This document shows, piece after piece, positions 30,384 through 41,605 of a DNA stretch of 64,000 bases. The position numbers were made by a program, and so were the translations under genes. Within the stretch, counting starts at the first letter, position 1. The number at the start of each line of letters is the position of its first letter. This DNA is from a virus. The notes below the pieces were generated by a model. It was not told the origin of the DNA, did no database searches, and saw only the letters and a list, made by a program, of their open reading frames with translations. The stretch is taken from positions 32,001 through 96,000 of the IMG/VR virus record IMGVR_UViG_3300028610_002494. The stretch is one strand, 5' to 3'.

Positions 30384-31175
30384 ATGAAAAAAACAAAAAT
30401 TAGCAGTAGTAAAATTGATGGATATGATTGGTGTAATAGAAAATATAGAATTAGAGAAATAGAAAAAATTCCATCTGGAGTTCCACCACATCCTTCATTA
30501 ATACTTGGAAAAGTAAGTCATAAAGAAATACATAATTTTTGGGAAAGATATAACCTTGATCTGGATAATTATGTTTTTCATATACAAAATTACTATACTA
30601 AAACCATTAAAAGAATTAGAGGATTAAGTGAAGAAAATTATATAAAATTCCAGTTGTATTTCTCAAATTTTATTAGTTTCCAGAAAAGAAGAATTGATAC
30701 TTACATAAAAAAATATGATGATGAATATTATATTATTGATAAGCTGTTTTTTCCCATAATCTCCGAAAAATATGGAAAAGTAAATATAACAAGTGATATT
30801 ACTTTTGGATTCATTATAGATTCTTTATTTTGGAATCCTACTGGCAATATCCTAATAGACTGGAAAACAGATAAGGATTGTACTGAGGAAAAATTCAAGA
30901 GTCATATACCTCAACTTAATAGATATTCAGAATGTTTACCACATATTAACCATAGTTGTAAAAAAATAGGGATATACTTCCTAAAAGACTCATTATTTTT
31001 TAACAGGTTAAACACAATAGGATATTCACTTGAAAAAGAAGTATTGACTTTTATAAGAAAAATACAGATCTCTAAATTTCCAAAGGTGTCAAAAAGAGAT
31101 AAATGGAAATGTCATAATGCAGATCTCAGTTATACTTGTGAATATTATCCAGAAATATGTACAGGAGTTGAATAA
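30384..31175 (+). CDS. Cas4/RecB-like PD-(D/E)xK exonuclease
   Basis: N-terminal C, G...H, IIDS...IDWKT, QLNRY, C-terminal C..C..C. Confidence 0.8.
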   Translation: MKKTKISSSKIDGYDWCNRKYRIREIEKIPSGVPPHPSLILGKVSHKEIHNFWERYNLDLDNYVFHIQNYYTKTIKRIRGLSEENYIKFQLYFSNFISFQKRRIDTYIKKYDDEYYIIDKLFFPIISEKYGKVNITSDITFGFIIDSLFWNPTGNILIDWKTDKDCTEEKFKSHIPQLNRYSECLPHINHSCKKIGIYFLKDSLFFNRLNTIGYSLEKEVLTFIRKIQISKFPKVSKRDKWKCHNADLSYTCEYYPEICTGVE

Positions 31176-31530
31176 AACGGTTTATAAAATAATTTGTTCT
31201 AAATGTAGTAAATATACAAATATTTATTATACAAAAATTAAAAATCATTATATACGATGTCCAAAATGTGGTGCTTCTACATTTAAAATAGAAATCATAA
31301 AAGGATCTCATCAAGAAAATACAATTTATAAAATAAACTGTGTTCGATGTAATGAGTATTTTACACTTAATTATTCGAAAGTCAAAGAATTATCTTTCCC
31401 ATTTATACAATGTCCTATATGTAAACAATTTATATTTAAAATAGAAATTATGAAAGGAAATAGAATTGAGATATTAAAATTAAATAGAAGAACAAAAGAC
31501 ATTTACGAGAAATATGATACTTCAACTTAA
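31168..31530 (+). CDS. Double Zn-ribbon protein
   Basis: Two repeats of YKI.C..C...CP.C...FKIEI; TTG start after GGAG. Confidence 0.65.
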   Translation: MNKTVYKIICSKCSKYTNIYYTKIKNHYIRCPKCGASTFKIEIIKGSHQENTIYKINCVRCNEYFTLNYSKVKELSFPFIQCPICKQFIFKIEIMKGNRIEILKLNRRTKDIYEKYDTST

Positions 31531-31570
31531 AGTAGTAATAAGAAAAATATTATAAAGAAGATAAATGTAA

Positions 31571-32329
31571 ATGAGAATATTTAAGAACAAAATTATCTTA
31601 GGAAATTGTTTAGATATCTTAAAATTTATAGATGATCAAGTAGATTTAGTTTTAACTGATCCACCACAATATAGATTAATTAATGATGATATTAAACTAA
31701 ATAATAGAAAAGATTTTGTAAGAAAAGCCAATTTTGATTTATTTAATTCATATAAAGATTTCCTTATTTTCACTGAAAAATGGATTAAATTAACATCAGA
31801 ACTGATGACTAATAACTCAACAATATATATTTCATATGCTGAACAATTCTCAAATGACCTAATTAATATTTGTAAAAACTATGATTTATCATATTTTGAT
31901 ACATTTTATTGGCATAAAACCAACCCAATGCTACAGATCAGAAAAAGAAACTTTAGATCATCAGTAGAGACAACCCTAATATTTACAAGAGGAAAATACA
32001 CATTTAATTTCTTAGAACAGAGTAAAATGCATGATTTTATGGAATTGCCAATATGTTTAGGAAAAGTAAGACTAAAGAATAAAAAAGGTGGAACATTACA
32101 TCCAACACAAAAACCATTAAAACTAATCAAGCATTTTGTTAGAATCTCATCTAACATTGGAGATAAAGTATTGGATCCATTCTCTGGCACTGGAACAACA
32201 AATGTTGCCTGTAAAATGTTAAATAGAAAATGTTTAGGTATAGAAATTAATGAGGAATATTATTTAGCAAGTATTAAAAGATTAAATAAAATAAATACCA
32301 CAAAATCAGGTGTATTAGGTTGGTTATAA
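31571..32329 (+). CDS. N4C/N6A DNA methyltransferase (beta class)
   Basis: TDPPQY, HPTQKP, DPFSGTG. Confidence 0.9.
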   Translation: MRIFKNKIILGNCLDILKFIDDQVDLVLTDPPQYRLINDDIKLNNRKDFVRKANFDLFNSYKDFLIFTEKWIKLTSELMTNNSTIYISYAEQFSNDLINICKNYDLSYFDTFYWHKTNPMLQIRKRNFRSSVETTLIFTRGKYTFNFLEQSKMHDFMELPICLGKVRLKNKKGGTLHPTQKPLKLIKHFVRISSNIGDKVLDPFSGTGTTNVACKMLNRKCLGIEINEEYYLASIKRLNKINTTKSGVLGWL

Positions 32330-33446
32330 AAGTATTTGGTCTTTATGAACAATTTCCAAGAAGATATGGAAAATCTAATAAAGTAATATATTCCAAAAAA
32401 GAATTTCTAAGACTTATTAATAGAGATAATGGATATAATGATGTTTTTGTAAGTGTTTTTAGTTATGCTTATTTAAAGGAAGGAACAAATGGAACATATA
32501 AAATAGATTCTGAATCTGCTATTATTGATAAAACATATATTGATATGGACACTAAAGATTTTGTAGATTATTATGATTTTTATGCAAATAATCCTGATTT
32601 TGAAAAAATAAAAGAAAAGACAAAATTCTAAGAATTTATGTTTATAGTGGTGGTGGATTTCATCTATATAGTTATATTGGGAATAGACCAGAAAACAAAA
32701 AATACTTTTGCAGGAATGCTATTGATTATATAAATAAACTGGTATGTAAAGATGAAGAAAAATATACAGATATAAATGGAAAAGAAAGAATAAGAAAAAT
32801 ATGGGATCCGCATAGTCCTCTTAAGCTCTCTCAAATGGCACGTGTAATTGGAACATATAATCCTAAAAGAAAACTATTTTGTACATCTTTAGATGAACAT
32901 GATTTAGATATGGGAATAAAATGGATAAAAATAAAAGCAAAAGAACAACATGATAAAATCCATTACTTAGGAAATAAATTAATGTATTTTGACAGTTCTT
33001 TTGACCAATCTAATATCTTAGAAAAATGTTCTGAAGTTTTAGAATTAAATTTAGAAGATTACTCTTCAGACATTAAAGAACTCCTCGAATCATTAGGTAT
33101 TTTATGGAAAGAAATATCGTTATGTATGAAATATTTTCTAAAAGAAAAACAAAAGCTAAACTATAATGAAAGATACCTAATAATAACCTTTCTATATAGA
33201 TGTGGACTCAGCAAAAAAGAAATAATAGAAGTATTAAAATTAATATTAACTCCAGATAAATTATACCACTGTTGTGGTGTAATCACAAATAATTATAGAT
33301 CAACATCACGACAAAAAAGTAGAATAGAATATCAACCAGATGATATAATAGAAAATGATTATTATATCTCATGTTCTCAGATTAAAAATTATGGAATGTG
33401 TAATGTTTTATGTAAAATAAAGGATGTATTATATTATTTTTCTTAA
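32320..33446 (+). CDS. Archaeo-eukaryotic primase PriS fused to a PriL-like Cys domain, interrupted by a -1 frameshift near 32604-32628
   Basis: Motif I YIDMD in frame 1; SGGGFH and D...RVIGTYN in frame 3; C-terminal CM...LNYNERYLIITFL...SC...GMC. Confidence 0.8.
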
Positions 33447-33477
33447 GTAAAAGAAATGGATAAACAAAAAAAGAAAT

Positions 33478-33513
33478 AATTTTAAATAGTTAAATAGTCT
33501 TTAAATAATTAAG
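33478..33513 (+). promoter_or_regulatory. Conserved promoter (motif C)
   Basis: TTTAAATAGTTAAATAGTCTTTAAATAATTAAG. Confidence 0.6.
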
Positions 33514-33901
33514 AAATAGAAAAAATTAATATATATTATTATATATGGAGTTGTAGTGTTGGAAGTTGATAACTCAGATGAATCCAAAAATAAAAAAACT
33601 CTGTGTGCTGTTAAGAACCCATCAATAAGATCCAATCAGAGTTGGTTCTATAACATATTTTTAGGGAATATATCAAAAAATAAACCAGATCACTCACACA
33701 TAAAAGTAAATTGGATTATGCAACTTAATGAAAATGAAATTAATCTATTAAAAGAAAAAAGTTGTAAAGTAATAGAAATAGAAACTAAAATAAAAAAATC
33801 AATTAAAACAGGTGTGGAGATAAATGAACTCTAAATTAAACCAACTCCATAATTTATTTCTTGTCTCCACATCTGACCTAATTAAGAGTTGAATTAAAAA
33901 A

Positions 33902-34219
33902 ATGGAAAAAGTAGTAAACTTGCATATGGTTAATGGAATAAGACCATATTATGATATTTATATTGGTCGTAGATTAAATTATCCTAAAGCAACATTTCCA
34001 CTAAGTAAATGGCATAACCCATTTATTATAAAATTTATGAAATATAGTATTGAAGAAAATTTAGAACTTTATGAAAAACACATTAGAAATACTCCTAAAT
34101 TATGGAAAGATTTGGATGAACTGGAAGGAAAGATTTTGGGATGTTGGTGTAAACCTGATCCATGCCATGGAGATATACTTATAAAATTATTAAAAGAAAA
34201 ACGAAGACGGACAAGATAA
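33902..34219 (+). CDS. DUF4326-like protein
   Basis: YDIYIGR...SKWHNPF...LEGKILGCWCKPDPCHGDIL. Confidence 0.9.
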   Translation: MEKVVNLHMVNGIRPYYDIYIGRRLNYPKATFPLSKWHNPFIIKFMKYSIEENLELYEKHIRNTPKLWKDLDELEGKILGCWCKPDPCHGDILIKLLKEKRRRTR

Positions 34220-34222
34220 AAA

Positions 34223-35413
34223 ATGCAGGCTAAATTAAAAAGAATGGAATCTTTAATTTCACCATTACAATATGAAATACTGGAATGTTTATCTACTGGA
34301 TCTAAAATAAGAGAAGATCTGGTAAAAGAACTAAATACATCAAGAACTACTGTGTATGATAATCTTGAAAAACTTGAAAATAAAGGTATTATATTTAAAA
34401 GTTCTATATCAAATGGTTGTTGTGGAAGACCGCCAGTTCATTGGCAAATCAAACAAGCTCATGATTTGGTATTATTTAATGTTATAACTAAAAAAATTGG
34501 TGTTATAGGTTCAGGAGAATATAAAAAGAAAAAAATTGTTATTAGAAAACTTGAACAACTAATAGATAAACAAAGAGATATAATTGTTTCAGGACATAGT
34601 CCAAGAAATCCAATCTTTAAAGATGGTATATTAATACGTTATAATAACGCTGATATATGGTCAGAAGATTGGGCATATGTATGGTGTCAAAATCCACCAA
34701 TCATTCATCCAACTAAAGAATTTACAAGGGATGGATTTTTTGCAAGAAATAAATTAATTGCATTAGATTCAGAAGAATTAATTGTATTTATAAATAAACA
34801 CCAATATCAATCTGGAGCTTGGAACACTGTAAAATACTTTTTAGAAAAACCAGATTTTGACTATAATAACTTAACTATTTATGATGAATTTGGTAAAGAA
34901 TTTGGAATACATGATTTACCAGAATGGTGCCAAAATAAAATAAAAATACCTGAACAAGAAACTCAATTATATAAATATTTATCTCAAATACGTTATTTAA
35001 AATCATTAGAAAAAGAAAAGAAAAAACAGAAAAAATCTTTAAATCCACAAAAAAAAGAAAAAGACTTAAAATCAACAAAATCTCTTAATAAAATAAATTC
35101 TTATATTTTAAATAATAGAAATTCAAAAATAACTAAATTTGCTTTAGAAGAAATAGATAAATATACTTATTTTAGAACAACAACAATAAGTAAAATTTAT
35201 ATTAAGAAAATCTTGAAAATCAATAATATAAATGGAACACTTAAGAGAAGTGTATCTAATAAAATTGGTCAAATTGTTGGAGAACTTAGAAAATTAGGAA
35301 TTATTATAATGCATTCAAAAAGTACATGGAAAAATCTACATAAAGATCAATTACATGTTGTTCTTAGTGAAAAAATGAAGAAAAATTATAATAAAACAAT
35401 TAAAAAAGGCTAA
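34223..35413 (+). CDS. wHTH + SLOG (YspA/DprA-like) + HTH multidomain protein
   Basis: N-terminal SRTTVYDNLEKLENKG...GRP; IGVIGS, IVSG, NAD, FFARNKLIA, SGAWNT. Confidence 0.75.
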   Translation: MQAKLKRMESLISPLQYEILECLSTGSKIREDLVKELNTSRTTVYDNLEKLENKGIIFKSSISNGCCGRPPVHWQIKQAHDLVLFNVITKKIGVIGSGEYKKKKIVIRKLEQLIDKQRDIIVSGHSPRNPIFKDGILIRYNNADIWSEDWAYVWCQNPPIIHPTKEFTRDGFFARNKLIALDSEELIVFINKHQYQSGAWNTVKYFLEKPDFDYNNLTIYDEFGKEFGIHDLPEWCQNKIKIPEQETQLYKYLSQIRYLKSLEKEKKKQKKSLNPQKKEKDLKSTKSLNKINSYILNNRNSKITKFALEEIDKYTYFRTTTISKIYIKKILKINNINGTLKRSVSNKIGQIVGELRKLGIIIMHSKSTWKNLHKDQLHVVLSEKMKKNYNKTIKKG

Positions 35414-35416
35414 TTA

Positions 35417-36070
35417 ATGTCTAAAAAGAAAAAAGTAAGAGTTAGAAAAGAAAAAATTGCACTTACAGAAGAACAAGTTAAAGATTATCTTAAAACTATA
35501 AAAGAAGAAGATAAAAAACATAGTCATAGGAATTATTTGATGGCATTAACTTGGTTCAGCACAGGATTAAGAGTTGGAGAAATGTGTAATTTTATAGTTG
35601 GTTGGATTGAAAAAAGTAATGATAATTATATACACGTGAAACAAAATGAAGCACCATTTGTATTCGCACCAAAATATGGATCTACAAGAAGAATAGCTGT
35701 CCAAAAGGATTTAATTAAAGAACTGAGAAAATATTTAGCTGGAAGAACTAAAGGATATGTATTTAAACCACAATCTAACAATCAAACAAATCCTTATGCT
35801 AAATTTCATGACAAATCTCCAAATCCAATATTTAATAAATATTTCAGAGAAACAAAATCAATTGGAAGAAACCTTGGCACACATACATTTAGAAGAACTT
35901 TTGCTACTCAATTAGCATATAGTAAACCACCAGTTCCATTGCCTAAAATTAGTTATTATCTTGGTCATAGAGACATACAAACAACATTAAATTATCTAAA
36001 GCAGATCACGAACGATGACCATACTGAACTCTTGAATGTAGATTATATTAAAGATATATATAAATATTGA
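35417..36070 (+). CDS. Tyrosine recombinase (catalytic domain only)
   Basis: TGLRVGE (R), PK, HTFRR (HxxR), LGH, TLNY (Y). Confidence 0.9.
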   Translation: MSKKKKVRVRKEKIALTEEQVKDYLKTIKEEDKKHSHRNYLMALTWFSTGLRVGEMCNFIVGWIEKSNDNYIHVKQNEAPFVFAPKYGSTRRIAVQKDLIKELRKYLAGRTKGYVFKPQSNNQTNPYAKFHDKSPNPIFNKYFRETKSIGRNLGTHTFRRTFATQLAYSKPPVPLPKISYYLGHRDIQTTLNYLKQITNDDHTELLNVDYIKDIYKY

Positions 36071-36071
36071 G

Positions 36072-36617
36072 ATGATTAAAAAAATGGCAAAAACAGATTT
36101 TGATGAATTAGCTGTTGAAAGTTATAATGGAAAACATTATGATCGATCTAAATCAAATAAATACAAGAAAAATATTCCAGAGACGAATAGTATATATACT
36201 AAAGAATGTATTAAATGTAAAAAAGTTTTACCTGCTACAGCAGATAATTTTTATAGAGATCGTTATAGATATGATGGATTTATGCCTAAATGTAAAGAAT
36301 GTAAAAAAAGAGAATATCACGAAAAAAAAGCTAAACAAAAAAGTAAAATTATTTCATTTCGAGTACAAAAAGATGTCTATAATAACAATAAAAAAGAAAT
36401 TAGAAAGAAGATTAATGAACTTCTTAAATCAGAATTCGAAAATAATGTTGACGAAAAAATAGTTGAATTAGAAAAGGAATTAAACAAACTCAAATCAGAT
36501 AATTTAGATAATGAAGATGGTATTTATGAATGGGTTAAAACACTTACAAAAGATAAGAGAAATTTATTAGACCAAACAAAAATTAGTGAGAAAATTAAAG
36601 AAGAATTATTTAAATAA
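36072..36617 (+). CDS. Zn-binding hypothetical protein
   Basis: KECIKCK...FY...CKEC. Confidence 0.6.
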   Translation: MIKKMAKTDFDELAVESYNGKHYDRSKSNKYKKNIPETNSIYTKECIKCKKVLPATADNFYRDRYRYDGFMPKCKECKKREYHEKKAKQKSKIISFRVQKDVYNNNKKEIRKKINELLKSEFENNVDEKIVELEKELNKLKSDNLDNEDGIYEWVKTLTKDKRNLLDQTKISEKIKEELFK

Positions 36618-36638
36618 AATAAATGAGTTGATTAAAAG

Positions 36639-37208
36639 TTGACTAAAATACTTAAAATTAATACAAAAGAGATACATATTTTTGATATTGATGGTTGTAT
36701 ATTTCCTGCTAAAAATAATAATGGAAAACAAATCATACCAAATGAATATGGATTTAAAGAGATCCCAGCTGAAATAATACTTGATAACATGAAATCCATA
36801 AAATTATTTCCAAAATTTGTTGATTTTTATAAACTAATTACTAAAAGTAAACCTATTGAAATTTATTTTATAACAGGAAGAAAGAAAAAAGATTATCTGA
36901 ATATAACATTAAAACAATTATCTATTCTGAAAATAAAAAAGAACAAGGATTCTTTAATATTTTTTCCTGATGAAAAAATTCTAACAAGAAGATCTTATTA
37001 TGAATTTAAACTTTATAATACTTTAAAAATAATTATTAAAGATAATTCATCTTCTAAAATAAACATTTATGATGATAAATACTCATACTTCTCTGTCTTA
37101 AAAAATAGGTTAAATGATATAGAAATTAATAGTATAAATTATAATAAAATAAACCAACCTGAGTATTTTTGGAACTTGAAATATAATGAATACAAGAACT
37201 TTAGTTAA
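36639..37208 (+). CDS. HAD-superfamily phosphatase
   Basis: FDIDG, ITGR, K, IYDD motifs. Confidence 0.75.
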   Translation: MTKILKINTKEIHIFDIDGCIFPAKNNNGKQIIPNEYGFKEIPAEIILDNMKSIKLFPKFVDFYKLITKSKPIEIYFITGRKKKDYLNITLKQLSILKIKKNKDSLIFFPDEKILTRRSYYEFKLYNTLKIIIKDNSSSKINIYDDKYSYFSVLKNRLNDIEINSINYNKINQPEYFWNLKYNEYKNFS

Positions 37209-37244
37209 TATATATAATAATAACAACAAAAAGAGGAATTAAAA

Positions 37245-38006
37245 ATGGTTAGTAAAAAAGAATTAAAGAAAATGAAAAAAACTAAGATGGTATGGCAAGA
37301 TTTGGATGAATTGGCTATTAAATTCTTAAAAACAACAAATCTAAAAGACACTGATAAATTAAAAATGATATTTATTAAATTTCCGAGACCAATTATGATA
37401 TCTAACATCTTTATTAGTGATAATTATTATAAGAGAATCCAAATTAAAGAAGCAACACTATTCTCTGATGAAAAAGCACCACCAAATTGTTTTACTATGC
37501 CAAAAATCTTTAATACACATATTTTAAAATATTTTCCTAATAAAAATCAAGCAATAATAATTGTAAAAAGAAGGAAAACAACAAAAATATCATCAACAAA
37601 TATAAAATTTAAGATAAGTTTGGTATCGTTTGAGAACTTGAATTTTATAAGATATCAATTTATTCTAAAACCAAGTTATCCTTTTGATTATCTCTTAAGA
37701 TTTATTGGTTATAACATAGAAAGTCCAAGTGAAGGAATATTCAGATTTAAGTTTCTTTTAGAAATGGAAAATATTGGAAAGTTAAATTTTATTGGTGCTT
37801 GTAATGTTTTATCAGATAACCAAAAAGAAATAGAAATTTTATTGGAAAATAAAACCAAGAAATTAGAAGACAGATTTTTTGAAAAGATAATATTTAGATC
37901 TTTTCTCAAGTGTAAAGAATTTTTACAGGTTGAAGGATTACCATTTCCAGATCCTGAACTATTAATGAAACAAATGAAAGTTAAATATCAACAAGGGATT
38001 GATTAA
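37245..38006 (+). CDS. Hypothetical protein
   Basis: 253-aa ORF with GAGG RBS. Confidence 0.6.
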   Translation: MVSKKELKKMKKTKMVWQDLDELAIKFLKTTNLKDTDKLKMIFIKFPRPIMISNIFISDNYYKRIQIKEATLFSDEKAPPNCFTMPKIFNTHILKYFPNKNQAIIIVKRRKTTKISSTNIKFKISLVSFENLNFIRYQFILKPSYPFDYLLRFIGYNIESPSEGIFRFKFLLEMENIGKLNFIGACNVLSDNQKEIEILLENKTKKLEDRFFEKIIFRSFLKCKEFLQVEGLPFPDPELLMKQMKVKYQQGID

Positions 38007-38209
38007 AAATGAGTAAAAAAAGAATAGGAATAAGGATATTTAGTGAAGGTGTAGAACTAAATTTAACTCCTGAAGAAAAAACAAATTCAGAAAAAGATAT
38101 GTGGAATCAATACACCAAATGTCCTTTTTGTAAAAAAGAAATGAGAATAATAAAATGGATTGAAGAATTAAGTATGATTAAATTTTAAAATATAAACAAG
38201 GTTTATAAT

Positions 38210-38728
38210 ATGCCAACTATTGGACACTTAATAATAGGAATAATAATACCTATTTTAATATATTTTGCTTTAAATAAGAAATATTCAGTTGAAGTTGGTT
38301 TGTACTTTTTAGCTGGAAGTATTTTACCAGATATTTACACAATCATCAAAATGTTTATTTTTACAGACATTAGAAAATATGTGTCTTGGAACATAACACA
38401 TGGAATTGTGGCTTGGATCGTATGGGGATTTATATTCACCATTATCATTTTTATCTCATTTAGAAAAATTTCCAAATTGAAATTTACTCAAATATATATC
38501 ATATTATTATTAGCTGGATGGTTGCATCTAACTATTGATATGATGACACAACCTGTTAGAATAATAGGAAATGTTCATTTATCATTTTCAGATTTTTTTA
38601 CAACAGAAACAATATTATGTGAACAGGATTTTATAATAGTTTTTTATATTATTTTAATAATCCCAATAATATTATTAACAAGATACATAAAAGAAATAAA
38701 AAAAGGTGAAATAAAAACATGGGATTAA
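38210..38728 (+). CDS. Membrane metal-dependent hydrolase (YdjM-like)
   Basis: GH, GSILPD, THG, HL.ID motifs within TM helices. Confidence 0.75.
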   Translation: MPTIGHLIIGIIIPILIYFALNKKYSVEVGLYFLAGSILPDIYTIIKMFIFTDIRKYVSWNITHGIVAWIVWGFIFTIIIFISFRKISKLKFTQIYIILLLAGWLHLTIDMMTQPVRIIGNVHLSFSDFFTTETILCEQDFIIVFYIILIIPIILLTRYIKEIKKGEIKTWD

Positions 38729-39205
38729 AAAATTGGTTAAAAAATAATAAAAAATGGATACTTCTCGTAATATACATCATAATAATAACATATATTGCAT
38801 TATTTGTTGATTTTGTTATTTTTGTTATTATTGCTGGTATTGTAATAACATGTAGTATAATTGTTTATATAAGATTTGAATATCAAACAAGAAAAAAAGA
38901 AAAAGATCTTGAAGATTTTTTAAATAAGGTTTATAAAAATGAGTGATAAAAGAAAAAGAATGGAAACAAAGTATTGTGTAGAACATACACAACATTACTC
39001 TATTGAATTTCCATGTGTTCTTTGTAAAATTAAAAAATTAGAAGAACAAAACTCAAAAATTATACAAACATTTAAGAAAATCATTGGTTTTCATATTGGT
39101 ATAAATGCACCACTTGGAATGAAACAATTGATTATTTTTCTAAAAGAAATACTAAATGAATTACAGGAATTAGAATAAAATTATAAAAAAGAGATGAAAT
39201 AAAAA

Positions 39206-39880
39206 ATGTTAGAAAAGGTTATATTTGATTTAAAAACTGAAAAACTAAAAGATAAATATAAAGATCATAACTCAATGATGTATGATCTTAATTTTGGAGA
39301 AATAGAAAAAATAAAGGAAAAAGCAAATTGTATTACATCTGTTGGTATTTATTCCGCAGCTATTTTTTTTACAATATTCACTTCTAATTTAGGATTTTTA
39401 ATAACCATACCAACAATTATTCTTGTATCACTTTTCTTTTTGTTATATAAAGCTATAATAGATGATATCATTGTTCAAGATAAACTTAAAGAAATTTATA
39501 GAACTGGTGTTTATATTTATGGACACATTGAACATTCATCATCCTTAAATGAAATTATCGAAGATGTTATTTTTGAACCTGAATCCATTGATTCTTATGT
39601 AAAAGAAAAATTAGAAGAATTTAAACAATTAACAGAAAAAGAAAAACAAATAAAAAGGGATTTTGCTGCATCAATTAGGAACAATATAGTTTTAGAGAAA
39701 CAAAAATGTTTTAAATGCCAAACAGAAATATATTATACTGAGTTTTATAGTAATAATATTTCCAAGATACCAATACAACAATTGGAAAAAATATGGAATT
39801 CTCCTTATATTCGGCTATATTGTTGTAGATGTTTTAATAAAAAACAATTAGGTTATTATTTAAAAAAATTAAAAATTTAA
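39206..39880 (+). CDS. Membrane protein with C-terminal CxxC...CCxC Zn motif
   Basis: Two TM helices; CFKC...IWNS...YCCRCF. Confidence 0.6.
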   Translation: MLEKVIFDLKTEKLKDKYKDHNSMMYDLNFGEIEKIKEKANCITSVGIYSAAIFFTIFTSNLGFLITIPTIILVSLFFLLYKAIIDDIIVQDKLKEIYRTGVYIYGHIEHSSSLNEIIEDVIFEPESIDSYVKEKLEEFKQLTEKEKQIKRDFAASIRNNIVLEKQKCFKCQTEIYYTEFYSNNISKIPIQQLEKIWNSPYIRLYCCRCFNKKQLGYYLKKLKI

Positions 39881-40124
39881 AAAAATTAAAGAGGTGATAA
39901 TAATTGGAATCATTAGAAAGAATGATACATAAACAAAATATGGAAGATAAATATAGTGAATATTTATTAGAATTAGATACTTATGTTAGAGGAATTTGCA
40001 GATTAGAAGAAAACACAGAATATTTAGAAAAACTAATTAATAAATGCAGAAAGAAACGTAAGAAATTAAAATACAAAATAATTAAAAAAATAAGTAAAAA
40101 AATTATATAAACAAGGTTTATAAA

Positions 40125-40538
40125 ATGAAAGAACAATTAGATGGATTGACTGTATATAAAAACGCAGGTAATGGATATGATTATATAAAAATTAGTGAAG
40201 GATATCATATTCCTCTACATGATTATATAATACAGAAAAAAATTGGTAGAGAACTAAAACAAACAGAAGTTGTTCATCATATTGATCGTAATACCAAAAA
40301 CAATAATTTAGATAATTTATTTTTATGTGATACTCGAACAAAACACTCAAAAATACACACCAGCTTAAGGAGATTGTTTCTAAATAAAATATTTAAAGTA
40401 TTATTTGATAATAATATACTTTATTTTGATTGTAAACACGGAAAATACAAAATAAATGATATAAAATTACTTGAATTAAAAAATATATTAGATAAAAATG
40501 AAGAATTAAAAAATATTACCTTTATTCATGAAAGGTAA
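40125..40538 (+). CDS. HNH endonuclease
   Basis: VVHHIDRNTKNNNLDNL...H..IH. Confidence 0.85.
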   Translation: MKEQLDGLTVYKNAGNGYDYIKISEGYHIPLHDYIIQKKIGRELKQTEVVHHIDRNTKNNNLDNLFLCDTRTKHSKIHTSLRRLFLNKIFKVLFDNNILYFDCKHGKYKINDIKLLELKNILDKNEELKNITFIHER

Positions 40539-41431
40539 TATTATTTAAAATTAAAAAGAGGTAAAATATATTAGAATAAGGATTGGAGTTGTTTTAAAAA
40601 TTATAAATCGTAATATTTTATTTAAAAAATAAAAAATAAAAAATAGAGATTAAAAATGGGATTAATAATTGAGATAATTGATGTTATTCTTACTTTATTA
40701 GCAGTAATAAGTCCTTATATAATAATGTATATAATTAAACGCAGAAAGAAGTGTTATAACTGTGGAAGTAATTTATTTACGTGGAGTAAATATGAGTATA
40801 TTGAGTATGATGATTTTAATTTATATAATAAATGGAAATGTATTAGGGTTGGTTGTAATCAATCTATTATTACTATGGAAATTAAGAAATATATCCTTAT
40901 TTCTGAGCAGATTCCATCAAAACGTTATAACCTTAAACAACGTATAAAAATACGGATTAGAGTATGGTATATTAGAAAGAAAGGAAAATCTCATAAGATA
41001 TACTCGTTTGAACCGCAAATATAATAGAAAAAGAAAAAGTGAAAAAGATGATAAATAAATAAATGACAAGTTTTTTAAGTTATATTATAAAACCAATTCC
41101 TAAAGAAGCTAAAACTTTTTGCGATTATCCAAAATGTAAAAATAGAGGTTGGTGGAACATTCAAAATGGTAATGCAATTTACTGTGATAAACATTTATGT
41201 AAATGGATAAAAGATAATGAAGGAAATTATTTAATCGTAAATAGATCGTTAAAAACATTATTAAAGGAGATAAAAAAATGAGTTGGGAAATAAAAATAGA
41301 TTGGGATGAATGCCCATATCTTAGATGTTATCCAGATGATTTATTTGTATGTACACATTTAGAAAAACAAAAACGTCATCGTTTATGTGAAGAGAAAAAT
41401 TGTCCAATAAAAATTAAAAAAGGTTAAAATT

Positions 41432-41605
41432 ATGACCAAAAATAAAAAAGTAATTATCTGGTGTGGTGGTGAATATACCTTAAAAGAAGGAGAAACTATT
41501 GACAGTGTTATGAAGGATTACAATGAAGAAGTTTTTGATTTAGAACTTGATTACACAAAAATTACTGATTTGGAAGGAAATACCCTAAAAGAAGAAAAAA
41601 TATAA
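41432..41605 (+). CDS. 57-aa protein, paralogue of the C-terminal half of 55527-55919
   Basis: VIIW...EGETID...KITDLEG..LKE shared with that ORF. Confidence 0.7.
   Translation: MTKNKKVIIWCGGEYTLKEGETIDSVMKDYNEEVFDLELDYTKITDLEGNTLKEEKI

Noticed and set aside
35417-36070. Classical integron integrase IntI
   Set aside because: I cannot identify the IntI-specific insertion, and repeat A lacks a clear RYYYAAC...GTTRRRY pair; kept only as an analogy.
36115-36462. Overlapping + strand alternate-frame ORFs (also 40762-40947 and 54790-55002)
   Set aside because: Nested within better-supported genes; no motifs or RBS.
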